From the NCBI GenBank assembly GCA_001626655.1, contig LUOC01000124.1, positions 1 through 45,067 on the forward strand: a DNA stretch of 45,067 nucleotides. Direction: 5' to 3'. The stretch comes from Fidelibacterota bacterium REDSEA-S14_B6 (GTDB taxonomy: Bacteria > Fidelibacterota > Marinisomatia > Marinisomatales > S15-B10). A model generated the notes under the pieces. That model did no database searches and had not been told where the DNA came from. It saw only the letters and a list, made by a program, of their open reading frames with translations. A program made the translations under genes and the position numbers. This document shows positions 18,607 through 27,668 of this stretch, in pieces; position 1 is the first letter of the stretch, and each line of letters starts with the position of its first letter.

Positions 18607-19617
18607 TCAGAAGAGCGCTCGCAGAGCCTCTCTCAACAGAACCTCCCCTTCATCGAGCCACACTGTCTCCACCGGTACGGCCAAGATTGAATCATCTTTC
18701 CCCTCCGATCTGGGGAGTTTCACCCAATCTTTTTCCGTTGTTACGAGAGTGTCTCCATTTCTTTTTTCGAGCAGTTTCTTCAAGTCGTTCATGTCGCTCT
18801 CATCATAGATGTGGTGATCCCGGAACTTCTGAAACGCAACAATATCCGCTCCCAGTTGACGCAAGGTAGGGCGAAAAGAGTCCGGATCACCGATTCCGCA
18901 AAAGGCGACAACCTTTCGCCCTTTCAGATTCTCTGTCTCTCGAGGTCGGAGACTGCTTTTCATTATTTTTCTCGCGTGGCGGGCGATCTTCCGATGAACC
19001 GCCGGCACTGTGCTCTCCCCATCGGTCTTAGTCAGAACAACTATGTCTGCCCTTCTCACTGACCATGTCGGCTCCCGCAATCGGCCGTAGGGGAGCATTC
19101 GATAGTTCTCCGCCCGCTCCCGGCTGTTAATAAGGACAACGTCGAGGTTGCGCTCCACAGCACGATGCTGAAAGGCGTCATCCAGGATTATCATGTCCAC
19201 ACCGAACTGCTCCACTGCTACCATGCCGCCGCGAAACCGCTGTTCGTCCACCACAACAGGGACCGTAGGAAGCCGTTTCGCCATCAGCAACGGCTCATCT
19301 CCCGCCTCTTCCCACGGAACCAACGTTCCCTTACCATCGGAGACGATGACAGTTCCTGTTGTCGTCCGTCCATACCCCCTGCTCACGATGGCCGGTCTTT
19401 TCCCCATGCTCAGAGCCGTTTCAGCGATCGAAATGACCGTCGGTGTCTTGCCGGTCCCGCCCAAAGTGATGTTCCCTACGCTTACCACAGGGACGGGGAG
19501 ACGGTGCGTCACGAAGAAACCGACTCTGTAGAAAATCTCTCTCCAGAGTGTTAACCCCCAGTAGAACAGCGCCAGAGGAAACAGCAGGAATCTAAATCTC
19601 TCTGTTAATCCAGGCAT
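18607..19617 (-). CDS. lpxK: tetraacyldisaccharide 4'-kinase
   Basis: P-loop VVSVGNITLGGTGKTP followed by IVSRGYGR. N-terminal membrane helix. Confidence 0.85.
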   Translation of the reverse strand: MPGLTERFRFLLFPLALFYWGLTLWREIFYRVGFFVTHRLPVPVVSVGNITLGGTGKTPTVISIAETALSMGKRPAIVSRGYGRTTTGTVIVSDGKGTLVPWEEAGDEPLLMAKRLPTVPVVVDEQRFRGGMVAVEQFGVDMIILDDAFQHRAVERNLDVVLINSRERAENYRMLPYGRLREPTWSVRRADIVVLTKTDGESTVPAVHRKIARHARKIMKSSLRPRETENLKGRKVVAFCGIGDPDSFRPTLRQLGADIVAFQKFRDHHIYDESDMNDLKKLLEKRNGDTLVTTEKDWVKLPRSEGKDDSILAVPVETVWLDEGEVLLREALRALF

Positions 19618-20143
19618 CCGCTTCCTTTTGCGCTTCGTTCATAGCATCTCGCAACATCTTTTCCAGCTCTTTTCCTTCACTAATTGCGCCCGCATCAATC
19701 GGTTCACCTAATACATTGACCACACGGCCGCCTGCGCTTTTCACAGAACCTTCCTTCACCACGTACTCCGGACCTCGGGGACCGTCCGGCGTGATGAACA
19801 CCCTTCCCTTTTCCTCCAGCGCTTGGAGCAACTGTCTGTACGCTTGCCTCCCGCCTCGGCTGCTTGATCCCCTCATCATTGACCATCCCAGTTTTGTTGC
19901 GATTCGAGAAATAATTTCAGCGTCCTCGTGAAGCCCGGCAAGGGCATGGCTGCCTTCACGCCACCACCGAAACACCGGAAACAGCAGCCGTCCGTGCCAG
20001 CAGCATATCAACACTGGACGTCCCGTCGATAGAACTTCGCCCCACCGCTGACCGTTCAACACCGTCTGTCTGTTGAGAAAAAACACTGCTCTCAGGAACC
20101 ACCGTCCCAAGAAAGCTGACATCACTACCTTCAGCCGTGACAT
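19592..20143 (-). CDS. DUF374 (lysophospholipid acyltransferase-like) protein
   Basis: CCWHGRLL...HEDAEIISRIATKLGW.MMRGSSSRGG...FITPDGPRGP is the DUF374 signature usually found next to Kdo/lipid A genes. Confidence 0.7.
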   Translation of the reverse strand: MSRLKVVMSAFLGRWFLRAVFFLNRQTVLNGQRWGEVLSTGRPVLICCWHGRLLFPVFRWWREGSHALAGLHEDAEIISRIATKLGWSMMRGSSSRGGRQAYRQLLQALEEKGRVFITPDGPRGPEYVVKEGSVKSAGGRVVNVLGEPIDAGAISEGKELEKMLRDAMNEAQKEADAWINREI

Positions 20144-20153
20144 GTCGCCGGCA

Positions 20154-21272
20154 TTATCCCAGTGGATCGAGAATCAGTTGGGCAACCCTTGTGGATGCGC
20201 CCGGGCTGCCCAGTTTCGCTCTAACTGTACTCAGTTCTGTTCTTGTTTTCGCAAGCTCGTCATCACTCTCCAGCCAGTGCCTGACCTCTGCATAAATTCG
20301 CTCTGATGTTGCATCCCCCTGAAGCAGTTCAGGCAATACCTGTTTTCCGGCTATAAGATTGGCCATGGAGGCGTAGTCGACTTTCGACACTTTTTTCGCA
20401 ATCCGCCAACTCAATGGGTTCATTCTGTAAATAACAACACTGGGAACACCGTAAACGGCCGCCTGTAGAGAAACTGTCCCCGAGCTGACAATTCCCACGG
20501 TGCTGTACTCAAGGGCAGACTCCGGCGCGTCTCTCTCGACAGTGATGGACGTTGACTCGATCGAAGGTATGGTCACACCCCGGGCCTGTCCAATCACCGC
20601 ACGCCCACCAAGCTCACCCACCAACCGTTCCGCTGCCGAAACCATCACGGCGAGATGTCTGTTCACCTCCTGCTGCCTGCTTCCTGGCATCAGCGCGAGC
20701 ACCGGAGACTCGGCCAGTACTCCATGTTTGTCGAAGAACTTTCGTCGAGACATAACCGCTTCACCCTCATCCATGAACGGATGTCCAACAAAACGCGCTT
20801 CCACGCCATGTTCCCTGTACCACTCCTCTTCAAAGGGGAATATGCAGATCATTTGATCAACGCACTCTTGAATGATGGATATCCGCCTCTCCTTCCACGC
20901 CCACAGCTGGGGACTGATGTAATACGTTACAGGAATGTCCCGTTTTTTCAGCTCTCTCGCCAGTCTCAAGTTGAAACCGGGATAGTCGATTAGGATTGCC
21001 CGGGCCGGTTTTCTCTTGTCTATTTCAGCCAGCAGGCGGTTAAAGGTGTTCCTTAGGAAACGGTAATGAAGAACAACTTCAAAGAATCCCATAACGGCCA
21101 TTCGATCGGCGTGCTCAACAAGTTCCACTCCCGCTTGAGACAGTCGGTTCCCGCCGATACCAAAAAAGGAGACTCCTTTTTGGAGACTCTTCATTTCTCG
21201 GACCACCGCCGCCCCGTGGCGATCCCCGGACGCCTCGCCCGCAACGATCAGTATCTCTTTCGCTGAAGACAT
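20154..21272 (-). CDS. lpxB: lipid-A-disaccharide synthase
   Basis: N-terminal ILIVAGEASGDRHGA, GIGG, YISPQLWAWK and PGSRQQE motifs. Confidence 0.9.
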   Translation of the reverse strand: MSSAKEILIVAGEASGDRHGAAVVREMKSLQKGVSFFGIGGNRLSQAGVELVEHADRMAVMGFFEVVLHYRFLRNTFNRLLAEIDKRKPARAILIDYPGFNLRLARELKKRDIPVTYYISPQLWAWKERRISIIQECVDQMICIFPFEEEWYREHGVEARFVGHPFMDEGEAVMSRRKFFDKHGVLAESPVLALMPGSRQQEVNRHLAVMVSAAERLVGELGGRAVIGQARGVTIPSIESTSITVERDAPESALEYSTVGIVSSGTVSLQAAVYGVPSVVIYRMNPLSWRIAKKVSKVDYASMANLIAGKQVLPELLQGDATSERIYAEVRHWLESDDELAKTRTELSTVRAKLGSPGASTRVAQLILDPLG

Positions 21273-21275
21273 CTA

Positions 21276-21854
21276 TCAGCCGGAAATCAATTTCCAGACC
21301 AGAATCAGAATAATTGATGCACTCAGTGTCTGGAGGCTCCGCCGTTCTGTTCTGAACGTCTTCTTCCATGTCCGCGGATCTGATTCCAATCTGCCGCTCC
21401 AGGGTGACAGCCGCGGGAACAGCCTCGGCACTGAATCGAGGTATTGACTGTAGGGGCGTCCGAACTTTCTGTGGAGCGTCTCCTCCTCAAGCGAAATAAT
21501 CAGCCCGTACTGAATGACGAAAAAAGCGAGCGTAATGCCGAGAAGAAGCCACACTCTGTCGCCACCCGCAAACAGGACGATACCGGCGTAAATGACAATG
21601 TTCCCCAAGTAGAGTGGATTCCGGACGTAAGCGTAGGGGCCATCGGTGCAGAGCATTGGAGCGCCTACTTTTCGTGTCCGTGTCGCACTGCCTGCATACC
21701 TTACGCCGTTCAGCCTGATCAGCTCACCGAGGATTATAAGGACAGTTCCAACGGCGCTCAGAACGCCTCCCGGCGACGAGTAATAGATAATGGCTAGGGC
21801 AAGGGGGATGGGTGTGTAGCTTCTGTTCTTGAAGAAGAACTGACGAATATCCAT
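21276..21854 (-). CDS. isoprenylcysteine carboxyl methyltransferase / phospholipid methyltransferase family membrane protein
   Basis: Polytopic, with RNPLYLGN...EEETLHRKFG..Y..Y...VPR(L)FP typical of the ICMT/PEMT family. Confidence 0.75.
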   Translation of the reverse strand: MDIRQFFFKNRSYTPIPLALAIIYYSSPGGVLSAVGTVLIILGELIRLNGVRYAGSATRTRKVGAPMLCTDGPYAYVRNPLYLGNIVIYAGIVLFAGGDRVWLLLGITLAFFVIQYGLIISLEEETLHRKFGRPYSQYLDSVPRLFPRLSPWSGRLESDPRTWKKTFRTERRSLQTLSASIILILVWKLISG

Positions 21855-21880
21855 ATCAGGCTTGAGGACCGGCGATCAGT

Positions 21881-22882
21881 TCAACCGATGTCCTGCTCAA
21901 TTTTTTCCTGAATCAGTAGGGCGAGCCTCAGCGCCTCGCGGCCGTCATCACCGGAGACGATCGGCGCCGTTTTCCCTTCAATCGCATCGATGAAATTCTC
22001 CAGCTCCAGTGCGAGGGCATTGATCTTCTGCTGCTTCGGTTTTTCATAAACAATTTTCCGGTGGCGGCCGTTTCGCTCCAGCGGAGCGGAGATCAGAGCG
22101 TCCGGATCCTCCTTGTCGGCGTCCAGCACTTTATAGACCTCGGTCAGTCCTAGAAGGAAATCTATGGTGATATAGACATCGCGCTCGAACAGCCGGAGCT
22201 TTCTCACATAGTCCTTCGCCACGCGGCTCGAGGTGATGTTAGCGACACACCCGTTCTCGAACCAGACTCTTGCATTGGCAATGTCCACCGATTCTGTCAT
22301 GATTGAAACACCAGTGGCGGAGACCCTTTTCACGGGCGAGTCAACGAGGGAAAGGATGACGTCCAAGTCGTGGATCATGAGGTCAAGCACCACAGGGACT
22401 TCCGTCCCTCTCACTCGGTAAGGGGCGAGACGGTGCGTCTCAATGTATCTCGGCTCGAGCGGAATGTTTGCTTCCTTCAAGGTCAACACCGCCGGATTGA
22501 GCCGCTCCACATGTCCCACCTGCAACACTTTCCCTTCTTGAGCAGCGAGCTCCACCAACCGGTCAGCTTCCTCAAGGGTTGAACAGATTGGCTTTTCCAT
22601 AAATAGGTGTTTCCCCTGTTCGAGGCACGCTTTCCCAACGGAGAAATGGTCCGATGTGGGGACAGCCACAATGACGGCATCGCTTGCGCTGAGCAGCTCA
22701 TCGAGAGAGGAAAATCGGTTTGCGTTCGTCTCTTTCGAAATACGCTGAGCTGTGTCATTGTTACTGTCGACAAAGCCCGAACAGTCCGCGGTCTTATGCT
22801 GAATTACATTTCTCAGGTGGCGTTCTCCAAGATGCCCTGTGCCGACAACACCGACCGCTACTCGTGATTTGGATTTGCTCAT
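21881..22882 (-). CDS. Gfo/Idh/MocA family NAD(P)-dependent oxidoreductase
   Basis: Rossmann motif VAVGVVGTGHLGERH close to the chosen ATG 22882, and a conserved EKP motif (MEKPICST). The longer ORF N-terminus covers a hairpin/T-run and looks non-coding. Confidence 0.8.
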   Translation of the reverse strand: MSKSKSRVAVGVVGTGHLGERHLRNVIQHKTADCSGFVDSNNDTAQRISKETNANRFSSLDELLSASDAVIVAVPTSDHFSVGKACLEQGKHLFMEKPICSTLEEADRLVELAAQEGKVLQVGHVERLNPAVLTLKEANIPLEPRYIETHRLAPYRVRGTEVPVVLDLMIHDLDVILSLVDSPVKRVSATGVSIMTESVDIANARVWFENGCVANITSSRVAKDYVRKLRLFERDVYITIDFLLGLTEVYKVLDADKEDPDALISAPLERNGRHRKIVYEKPKQQKINALALELENFIDAIEGKTAPIVSGDDGREALRLALLIQEKIEQDIG

Positions 22883-22951
22883 AGTGGTGACTCGAGGGCG
22901 AATATAGAGACGATTCCACGATTTGCCGAGGAGGAAACTGACCAGCCCACG

Positions 22952-22976
22952 AAGGCAAATTGTCTTGCCTTTTTTG
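22952..22976 (+). terminator. intrinsic-terminator-like hairpin (AAGGCAA attgtc TTGCCTT followed by a T-run) in a divergent intergenic region
   Basis: 7-bp perfect stem, 6-nt loop, followed by TTTT. No upstream plus-strand CDS for it to terminate. Confidence 0.45.
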
Positions 22977-23035
22977 CCAGATATGGTCATATTCGCGACT
23001 AGTAGCTACGTCCGAGGTAGACTAAACCGAAACAG

Positions 23036-23572
23036 ATGAATATCAATTCGTTTATCAGTGCGTTTGTCATTGTTGTGGCCCTCGCCGGCTTTGGTGCGGC
23101 CATGACCGCCGGGGAGTACCGTCTTGCCCTCGCTTCTGTGACGGGGGGACTTTTTCTCTGGCTCGCCTTCCTCAGTGTAACGAAGGTGAAGAACAGCGCC
23201 CTGCCTCTGGTCGTAACTCTGTCGGGTCTTCTCGTTGGCATATCCCTATTTCTGGACAGCGCCGTGGAGCAGAATATGTGGGGGGGCTATCAGGTTCAAC
23301 CTGATGCGGCACTTTTCTCCTTAGTACTTCTTCTGCTTGCCATGACTCCGGGGCTCCTTCTTTTCTACTATAGGGGAGCAAGCGACACTCCGACTTCTGC
23401 TCCGGTGGCGGCCCCGGCTCAGACCGTGCCTATCGGTGCCGCGCCTCAGCCAGAACCGGCTGAGCTGGATCCCTCCACCATGTGGAATCCGGAAGAATAT
23501 GAAATTGAGTACGACCCTGAAATGATGGCCGCCTATTATGAAGCTTACGAGGAGAGTGAGGAAGAAGAATAG
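23036..23572 (+). CDS. hypothetical membrane protein (about 4 TM helices) with Pro/Ala linker and highly acidic C-terminus
   Basis: Hydrophobic segments, then ...APVAAPAQTVPIGAAPQPEPAE... and EAYEESEEEE. No family recognised. Confidence 0.5.
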   Translation: MNINSFISAFVIVVALAGFGAAMTAGEYRLALASVTGGLFLWLAFLSVTKVKNSALPLVVTLSGLLVGISLFLDSAVEQNMWGGYQVQPDAALFSLVLLLLAMTPGLLLFYYRGASDTPTSAPVAAPAQTVPIGAAPQPEPAELDPSTMWNPEEYEIEYDPEMMAAYYEAYEESEEEE

Positions 23573-23605
23573 CCCTTCCGAACTACTGAACCCCCATTTA
23601 CCTAA

Positions 23606-23640
23606 AAAGGGCAACAATGACGTCGCCCTTTCTTATTTTC
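23606..23640 (+). terminator. probable Rho-independent terminator of the 23036-23572 gene
   Basis: AAAGGGC N12 GCCCTTT followed by CTTATTTT. Confidence 0.5.
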
Positions 23641-23649
23641 TGCCAAACC

Positions 23650-24411
23650 ATGGGCGAACTTCTTCTCGGCACGCAAGGGTGGAGTTACGATGACTGGACA
23701 GGAAACTTTTACCCGCCCGATCTTCCACGAAACAGACGTCTCGCTCACTACAGCTCTGTCTACAGCAGCGTGGAGATCGACAGTACTTTCTACGCCATCC
23801 CCCGCAGGACAACCGTCGAAAATTGGGCCCGGCAGGTGCCGGACGACTTCATCTTTTCGGTGAAAGTGCCGAAGGTGATCACTCACGAAAAGGTTCTTGA
23901 GGATTGTGACACTGAGTTGGAAACGTTTCTCGATCATATCTCGCTCATGGGCGACAAACTTGGAGTAGTCCTGTTTCAGTTCGGCTACGGATTTAAGCCG
24001 GAGAAGCATGAAGTTCTCGTACCGTTTATCGAAAGATTGCCGGACGGTTTCAACTTTGCTGTGGAGGTCCGGAACAGGAAATGGCTCTTCGATGACTTTT
24101 TCAACCTCCTGTGTCAGAACAATGTCGCCCTGGCACAGATCGACCATCCGTGGTTCCCCCGCCTCCCCGAAACAACCGCGGACTTTGCCTATATCAGGTG
24201 GCTCGGCGATCGGAAGAAGATTGAATCTGACTTTACGCACATCCGATTTGATCGCTCGAAGGAATACGAATGGTGGGCGGAGACGATCAAGAACGCGCTC
24301 CCCAATATCAAGAAACTCTATGCCTACATGAATAACCACTATGCGGGGCACTCTCCGACGAGCCTGTCACAGTTCCGGGAAATCTACGACCGGCTCAATC
24401 TAGATTCGTGA
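23650..24411 (+). CDS. DUF72 (YecE-like, UPF0759) family protein
   Basis: N-terminal LLGTQGWSYDDWTGNFYP, VEIDSTFYAIP, FEVRN..W motifs. I chose ATG 23650 because the upstream ATG 23617 lies inside the terminator hairpin. Confidence 0.8.
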   Translation: MGELLLGTQGWSYDDWTGNFYPPDLPRNRRLAHYSSVYSSVEIDSTFYAIPRRTTVENWARQVPDDFIFSVKVPKVITHEKVLEDCDTELETFLDHISLMGDKLGVVLFQFGYGFKPEKHEVLVPFIERLPDGFNFAVEVRNRKWLFDDFFNLLCQNNVALAQIDHPWFPRLPETTADFAYIRWLGDRKKIESDFTHIRFDRSKEYEWWAETIKNALPNIKKLYAYMNNHYAGHSPTSLSQFREIYDRLNLDS

Positions 24412-27400
24412 ACAGCCTAACGCGACTCCTCGGCATCACCGATAAGGAGCGGAGCCGATGCTTAAGCATGGCGCTTCTATTCTTTCTCCTCATGGTTGGG
24501 TGGGGATTCGGCCGGGCCGGCAGAGACGCCTTCTTCATTGTTGAGGCGGGGCCCGAAAAGCTCCCCTACATGTATATTATCAACGCTGTTCTCATGGTCG
24601 CCTTTTCAGCCCTTTACGCGAAAGTGGTGGATCGGCTCCGCAGGCATAGTTTCCTCATCTATCAGCTCATCGGTTTCGCCGCCGCTGTTATCGCCTTGCG
24701 GCTCCTCGTCCCCTTCCGTTTCGGCTGGATGCCCTACGCCATTTTCAGTCTGTCGGAGGTGATAACACTTTTCTTCTTTATGCACTTCTGGACGTATGCC
24801 AACGACATTTTCGATCCCAGGGAGGGGAAACGGATATTCCCGCTCGTAGGCGGCGCCGGACTCATGGGCAATGTCCTCGGAAGCGCTCTCACCAAACCTG
24901 TGGTGGAGTTGACCGGCACCGTGGACCTCCTCGTTGTCTGGGTTGCCACGATGCTCATCTCCATCCCTGCCACACTGTTTGTAAACCGGTCGGCAGAGGC
25001 GGCGGACCTCGGCGCCGCGGAGAGCAGCGGCGAAGAGCGGCTGTCATTCAGGGAAAGTGTCGCATCCGTCTGGTCAATCAAGCTTATACGAACATTGACG
25101 TTCCTCTCTCTCCCCATGTGGCTGACAGTCTATTTCGTCGATTTTCAATTCTTCCTCGCCATGGATGAGGTGTTCACAGATCAGGATGCCCTCTCCGGCT
25201 TCCTCGGGATATTCAACGGAATCACCTCTCTGCTCGGTTTCGCCATACAGATGTTTATCACCACACGACTCATCAAGAGATTCGGCGTCGGCACGGCAGT
25301 GCTCGCTCATCCTCTGGCCGTCACCTTGGGCTCTATTGGGCTTGTTGTCCGAAGTTTTCTTCCTGTGGCGGCGCCCCGCCTTTTCAGCTTCAGGGGGATG
25401 TCCGCGGTATTTGCCAAGTTCAGCGACAACGCCCTTTTTTATTCCGTGGGCGAGTCCGCCACGCAGCTTCTCTACAACGCAGTCCCTGAAGAGAAGCGGG
25501 GCCAGAGCAGAGCCTTTGTTGCAGGAACTGTGGAGCCACTCTTCACCGCAGTGGCGGGCGCGGCCCTTATCGTATTCACGGTCATAGCTCTACCTGTTCA
25601 GGTTCTGGCAGTGGTTACGCTCCTAGTTTCTCTGATATGGGTTTTCCTCACCAGAAAGGTGAAGTCCGATTACATCTCGGCCCTCGTAAACAACCTCAGT
25701 TCCCTCGACATCGATATTCAATCCGCTGCCTTTGCCGAACTGTCCCGCCACACCGACAGCTCCTCCATGGAGATACTGACAGAGGCGGCGAAATCTTCCG
25801 ATTCGGTTGTGGCCCGTTTCGCTCTTGATCTGATTCGAGATTCAGGGTCAGACGACGCAGCTAAAGCACTCCTGAGTGACATCGACACTTTCAATCAAAA
25901 GATTCTCCCCCACGCCATAGAAACACTGTCGGAGATGGAGTGTGCCTATCTGCTCCCAGAAGTGGAGCCGCTTCTCAACTCATCAAACAGCGACGTCCGG
26001 TGCGCCGCCGTCCGAGCGGTGACTGCCGCCGAAACACCAGGCCGGCATCTCCTGCTTGAGCCGTTCCTCACCGATCCCGATCTCACCGTCCGTGAAGAAG
26101 TTATCGGTTCACTCTATCTATCCGGTGATGACCATCTTGTCTCGAGCGCCAAAAAAGCGATCAGTAAACTGAAGGAGAGCGACAGACAGGAAGACGGCAT
26201 CACAGCTGTCCGTATCATGGGAAAGACAGGGGATGGCTTGTTCGTCACTGACCTTGTCCAGTTGCTCGCCTCTTCGGACCGAGCGGTGGTGAAGGCGGCA
26301 GTGGAATCTCTGGGGGATATCCGGACGGAGAAGGCCGCATTGCCCCTGCTTAACCTGATGGCCGACGAAACTGTCGGTCCTGCGGCAGAGGCATCGCTAG
26401 TAAAGATCGGCACTGCGGCAATCCCTGACTTCCTGGAACGGATGAACGGAGACTCAGCGTCAAACCGGGCAACGGTGCGGTGTCTCGCCGAAATAAGAAT
26501 GGAGTCCCACGCTGATGATCTGTCTGAGGAGGATGCGTTCAAACCTGCGGCTCTGTTTCTTGCTCACGAATGCACCATGCTTCAGAAGATGATCGCCTCA
26601 GACAGAACGCTGAAAGGTCTTGAAGAGACAGGAGCTCTCACCCTGCTCAGGGATGCTCTCTCCGATGAAATCGCCTCCGCCGAGGAGAGCCTTCTCAACT
26701 GCCTTCAACTGCTGGCGGACCCAAGCACGGTTCGTGCCGGTATCTCCAGCCTCCGGAGCGGCGTCCCCAGGACCATGGCAGAAGGGTTGGAAGTGCTGGA
26801 GGGGAGCTGTCCGGAGGGGCGGGAAGTTGTCCGAATCCTGGAAAAAATCCACTTCCCTGATGGCGAGGCTGAAACTGAAATGACAGTGGCGGAGGTTGTG
26901 TCTCATCTCCTGGGGCACGCCTCAAAAATGTGGACAAAGGCGTGTGCCCTCTATCTCTCCGGAGAAATGAGGTTGGACGTTTTGGGTGTGATTAGGAAAC
27001 TTTCAGATGGTGGCAGTGTCTGGCTCCAGGCCAACAGGGGGCTGGCGCTCAAAAGAATTCAGCAACATGAACAACTTACAGAGGAGGAAAAGAGTATGGC
27101 CCTGAACATGGAACGAATGCTCTTTCTCAGAAGCGTGCCGCTCTTCCGCGATCTCAGCGGAAATGATCTATCCATCGTTAACGACATCGCCGCCGAAAGG
27201 GCGTTCAGTAAAGATGACCTCGTGGTTGAGGAGGGGAGCGCCGGCGACTCCCTCTACATCATTCTTGACGGCAGTATGCGTGTGGTTAAAGGGAAAGAGG
27301 GAGGAACAACACTGGCTGTGCTCCAGGAGAGGGAAGCCTTTGGCGAGATGGCGATTCTCGATGATGAGCCCCGCTCCGCCACCGTGGAAGCACAGACAGA

Positions 27401-27542
27401 TGGTCGGCTCCTCGAAATCAGACAGGCCGACTTTCAGCGGCTCTTGGTGGCCCGACCCCGGATGGCCCTTGCCCTATTCCGTACCTTGAGCCAGCGCCTC
27501 AGAGAGACAGGTGAGAAGCTGGTCGGCGGCGCCAGTGACTGA
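24408..27542 (+). CDS. fusion protein: ATP/ADP-translocase-like (TLC/Npt, MFS-like) membrane domain + HEAT repeats + C-terminal cyclic-nucleotide-binding domain
   Basis: GTG start overlaps the DUF72 stop (GTGA). About 11-12 TM helices fall in aa 1-440. HEAT-like repeats (VRCAAVRAV, DLTVREEVIGSL, DRAVVKAAVESLGDI) follow. The cNMP domain reads FLRSVPLFRDLS...GDSLYIILDG...FGEMAILDDEPRSATV. Confidence 0.75.
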   Translation: MNSLTRLLGITDKERSRCLSMALLFFLLMVGWGFGRAGRDAFFIVEAGPEKLPYMYIINAVLMVAFSALYAKVVDRLRRHSFLIYQLIGFAAAVIALRLLVPFRFGWMPYAIFSLSEVITLFFFMHFWTYANDIFDPREGKRIFPLVGGAGLMGNVLGSALTKPVVELTGTVDLLVVWVATMLISIPATLFVNRSAEAADLGAAESSGEERLSFRESVASVWSIKLIRTLTFLSLPMWLTVYFVDFQFFLAMDEVFTDQDALSGFLGIFNGITSLLGFAIQMFITTRLIKRFGVGTAVLAHPLAVTLGSIGLVVRSFLPVAAPRLFSFRGMSAVFAKFSDNALFYSVGESATQLLYNAVPEEKRGQSRAFVAGTVEPLFTAVAGAALIVFTVIALPVQVLAVVTLLVSLIWVFLTRKVKSDYISALVNNLSSLDIDIQSAAFAELSRHTDSSSMEILTEAAKSSDSVVARFALDLIRDSGSDDAAKALLSDIDTFNQKILPHAIETLSEMECAYLLPEVEPLLNSSNSDVRCAAVRAVTAAETPGRHLLLEPFLTDPDLTVREEVIGSLYLSGDDHLVSSAKKAISKLKESDRQEDGITAVRIMGKTGDGLFVTDLVQLLASSDRAVVKAAVESLGDIRTEKAALPLLNLMADETVGPAAEASLVKIGTAAIPDFLERMNGDSASNRATVRCLAEIRMESHADDLSEEDAFKPAALFLAHECTMLQKMIASDRTLKGLEETGALTLLRDALSDEIASAEESLLNCLQLLADPSTVRAGISSLRSGVPRTMAEGLEVLEGSCPEGREVVRILEKIHFPDGEAETEMTVAEVVSHLLGHASKMWTKACALYLSGEMRLDVLGVIRKLSDGGSVWLQANRGLALKRIQQHEQLTEEEKSMALNMERMLFLRSVPLFRDLSGNDLSIVNDIAAERAFSKDDLVVEEGSAGDSLYIILDGSMRVVKGKEGGTTLAVLQEREAFGEMAILDDEPRSATVEAQTDGRLLEIRQADFQRLLVARPRMALALFRTLSQRLRETGEKLVGGASD

Positions 27543-27668
27543 GGGATGAAGGTTGGAAATGTGTTAGGGGTTGAGTGTTAGGAGTTAGGTGTTGAACGCT
27601 AAACATTTAGAGCTGCGCCGGCGACGACGCGATCAAGAATCGCTGCCCCAACGTCTAACGTCTTCCGT

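Noticed and set aside
23602-24351. 249-aa minus-strand ORF
   Set aside because: It is antisense to the DUF72 gene, which carries the family motifs. There is no recognisable domain, so this is a shadow ORF.
27551-27597. G/T-rich run with repeated GTGTTAGG / GTTAGG units (telomere-like TTAGGG; also resembles the integron GTTAGG core)
   Set aside because: There are only 3 short degenerate copies in a convergent intergenic spacer, with no partner inverted cores. It is most simply low-complexity terminator-region sequence.
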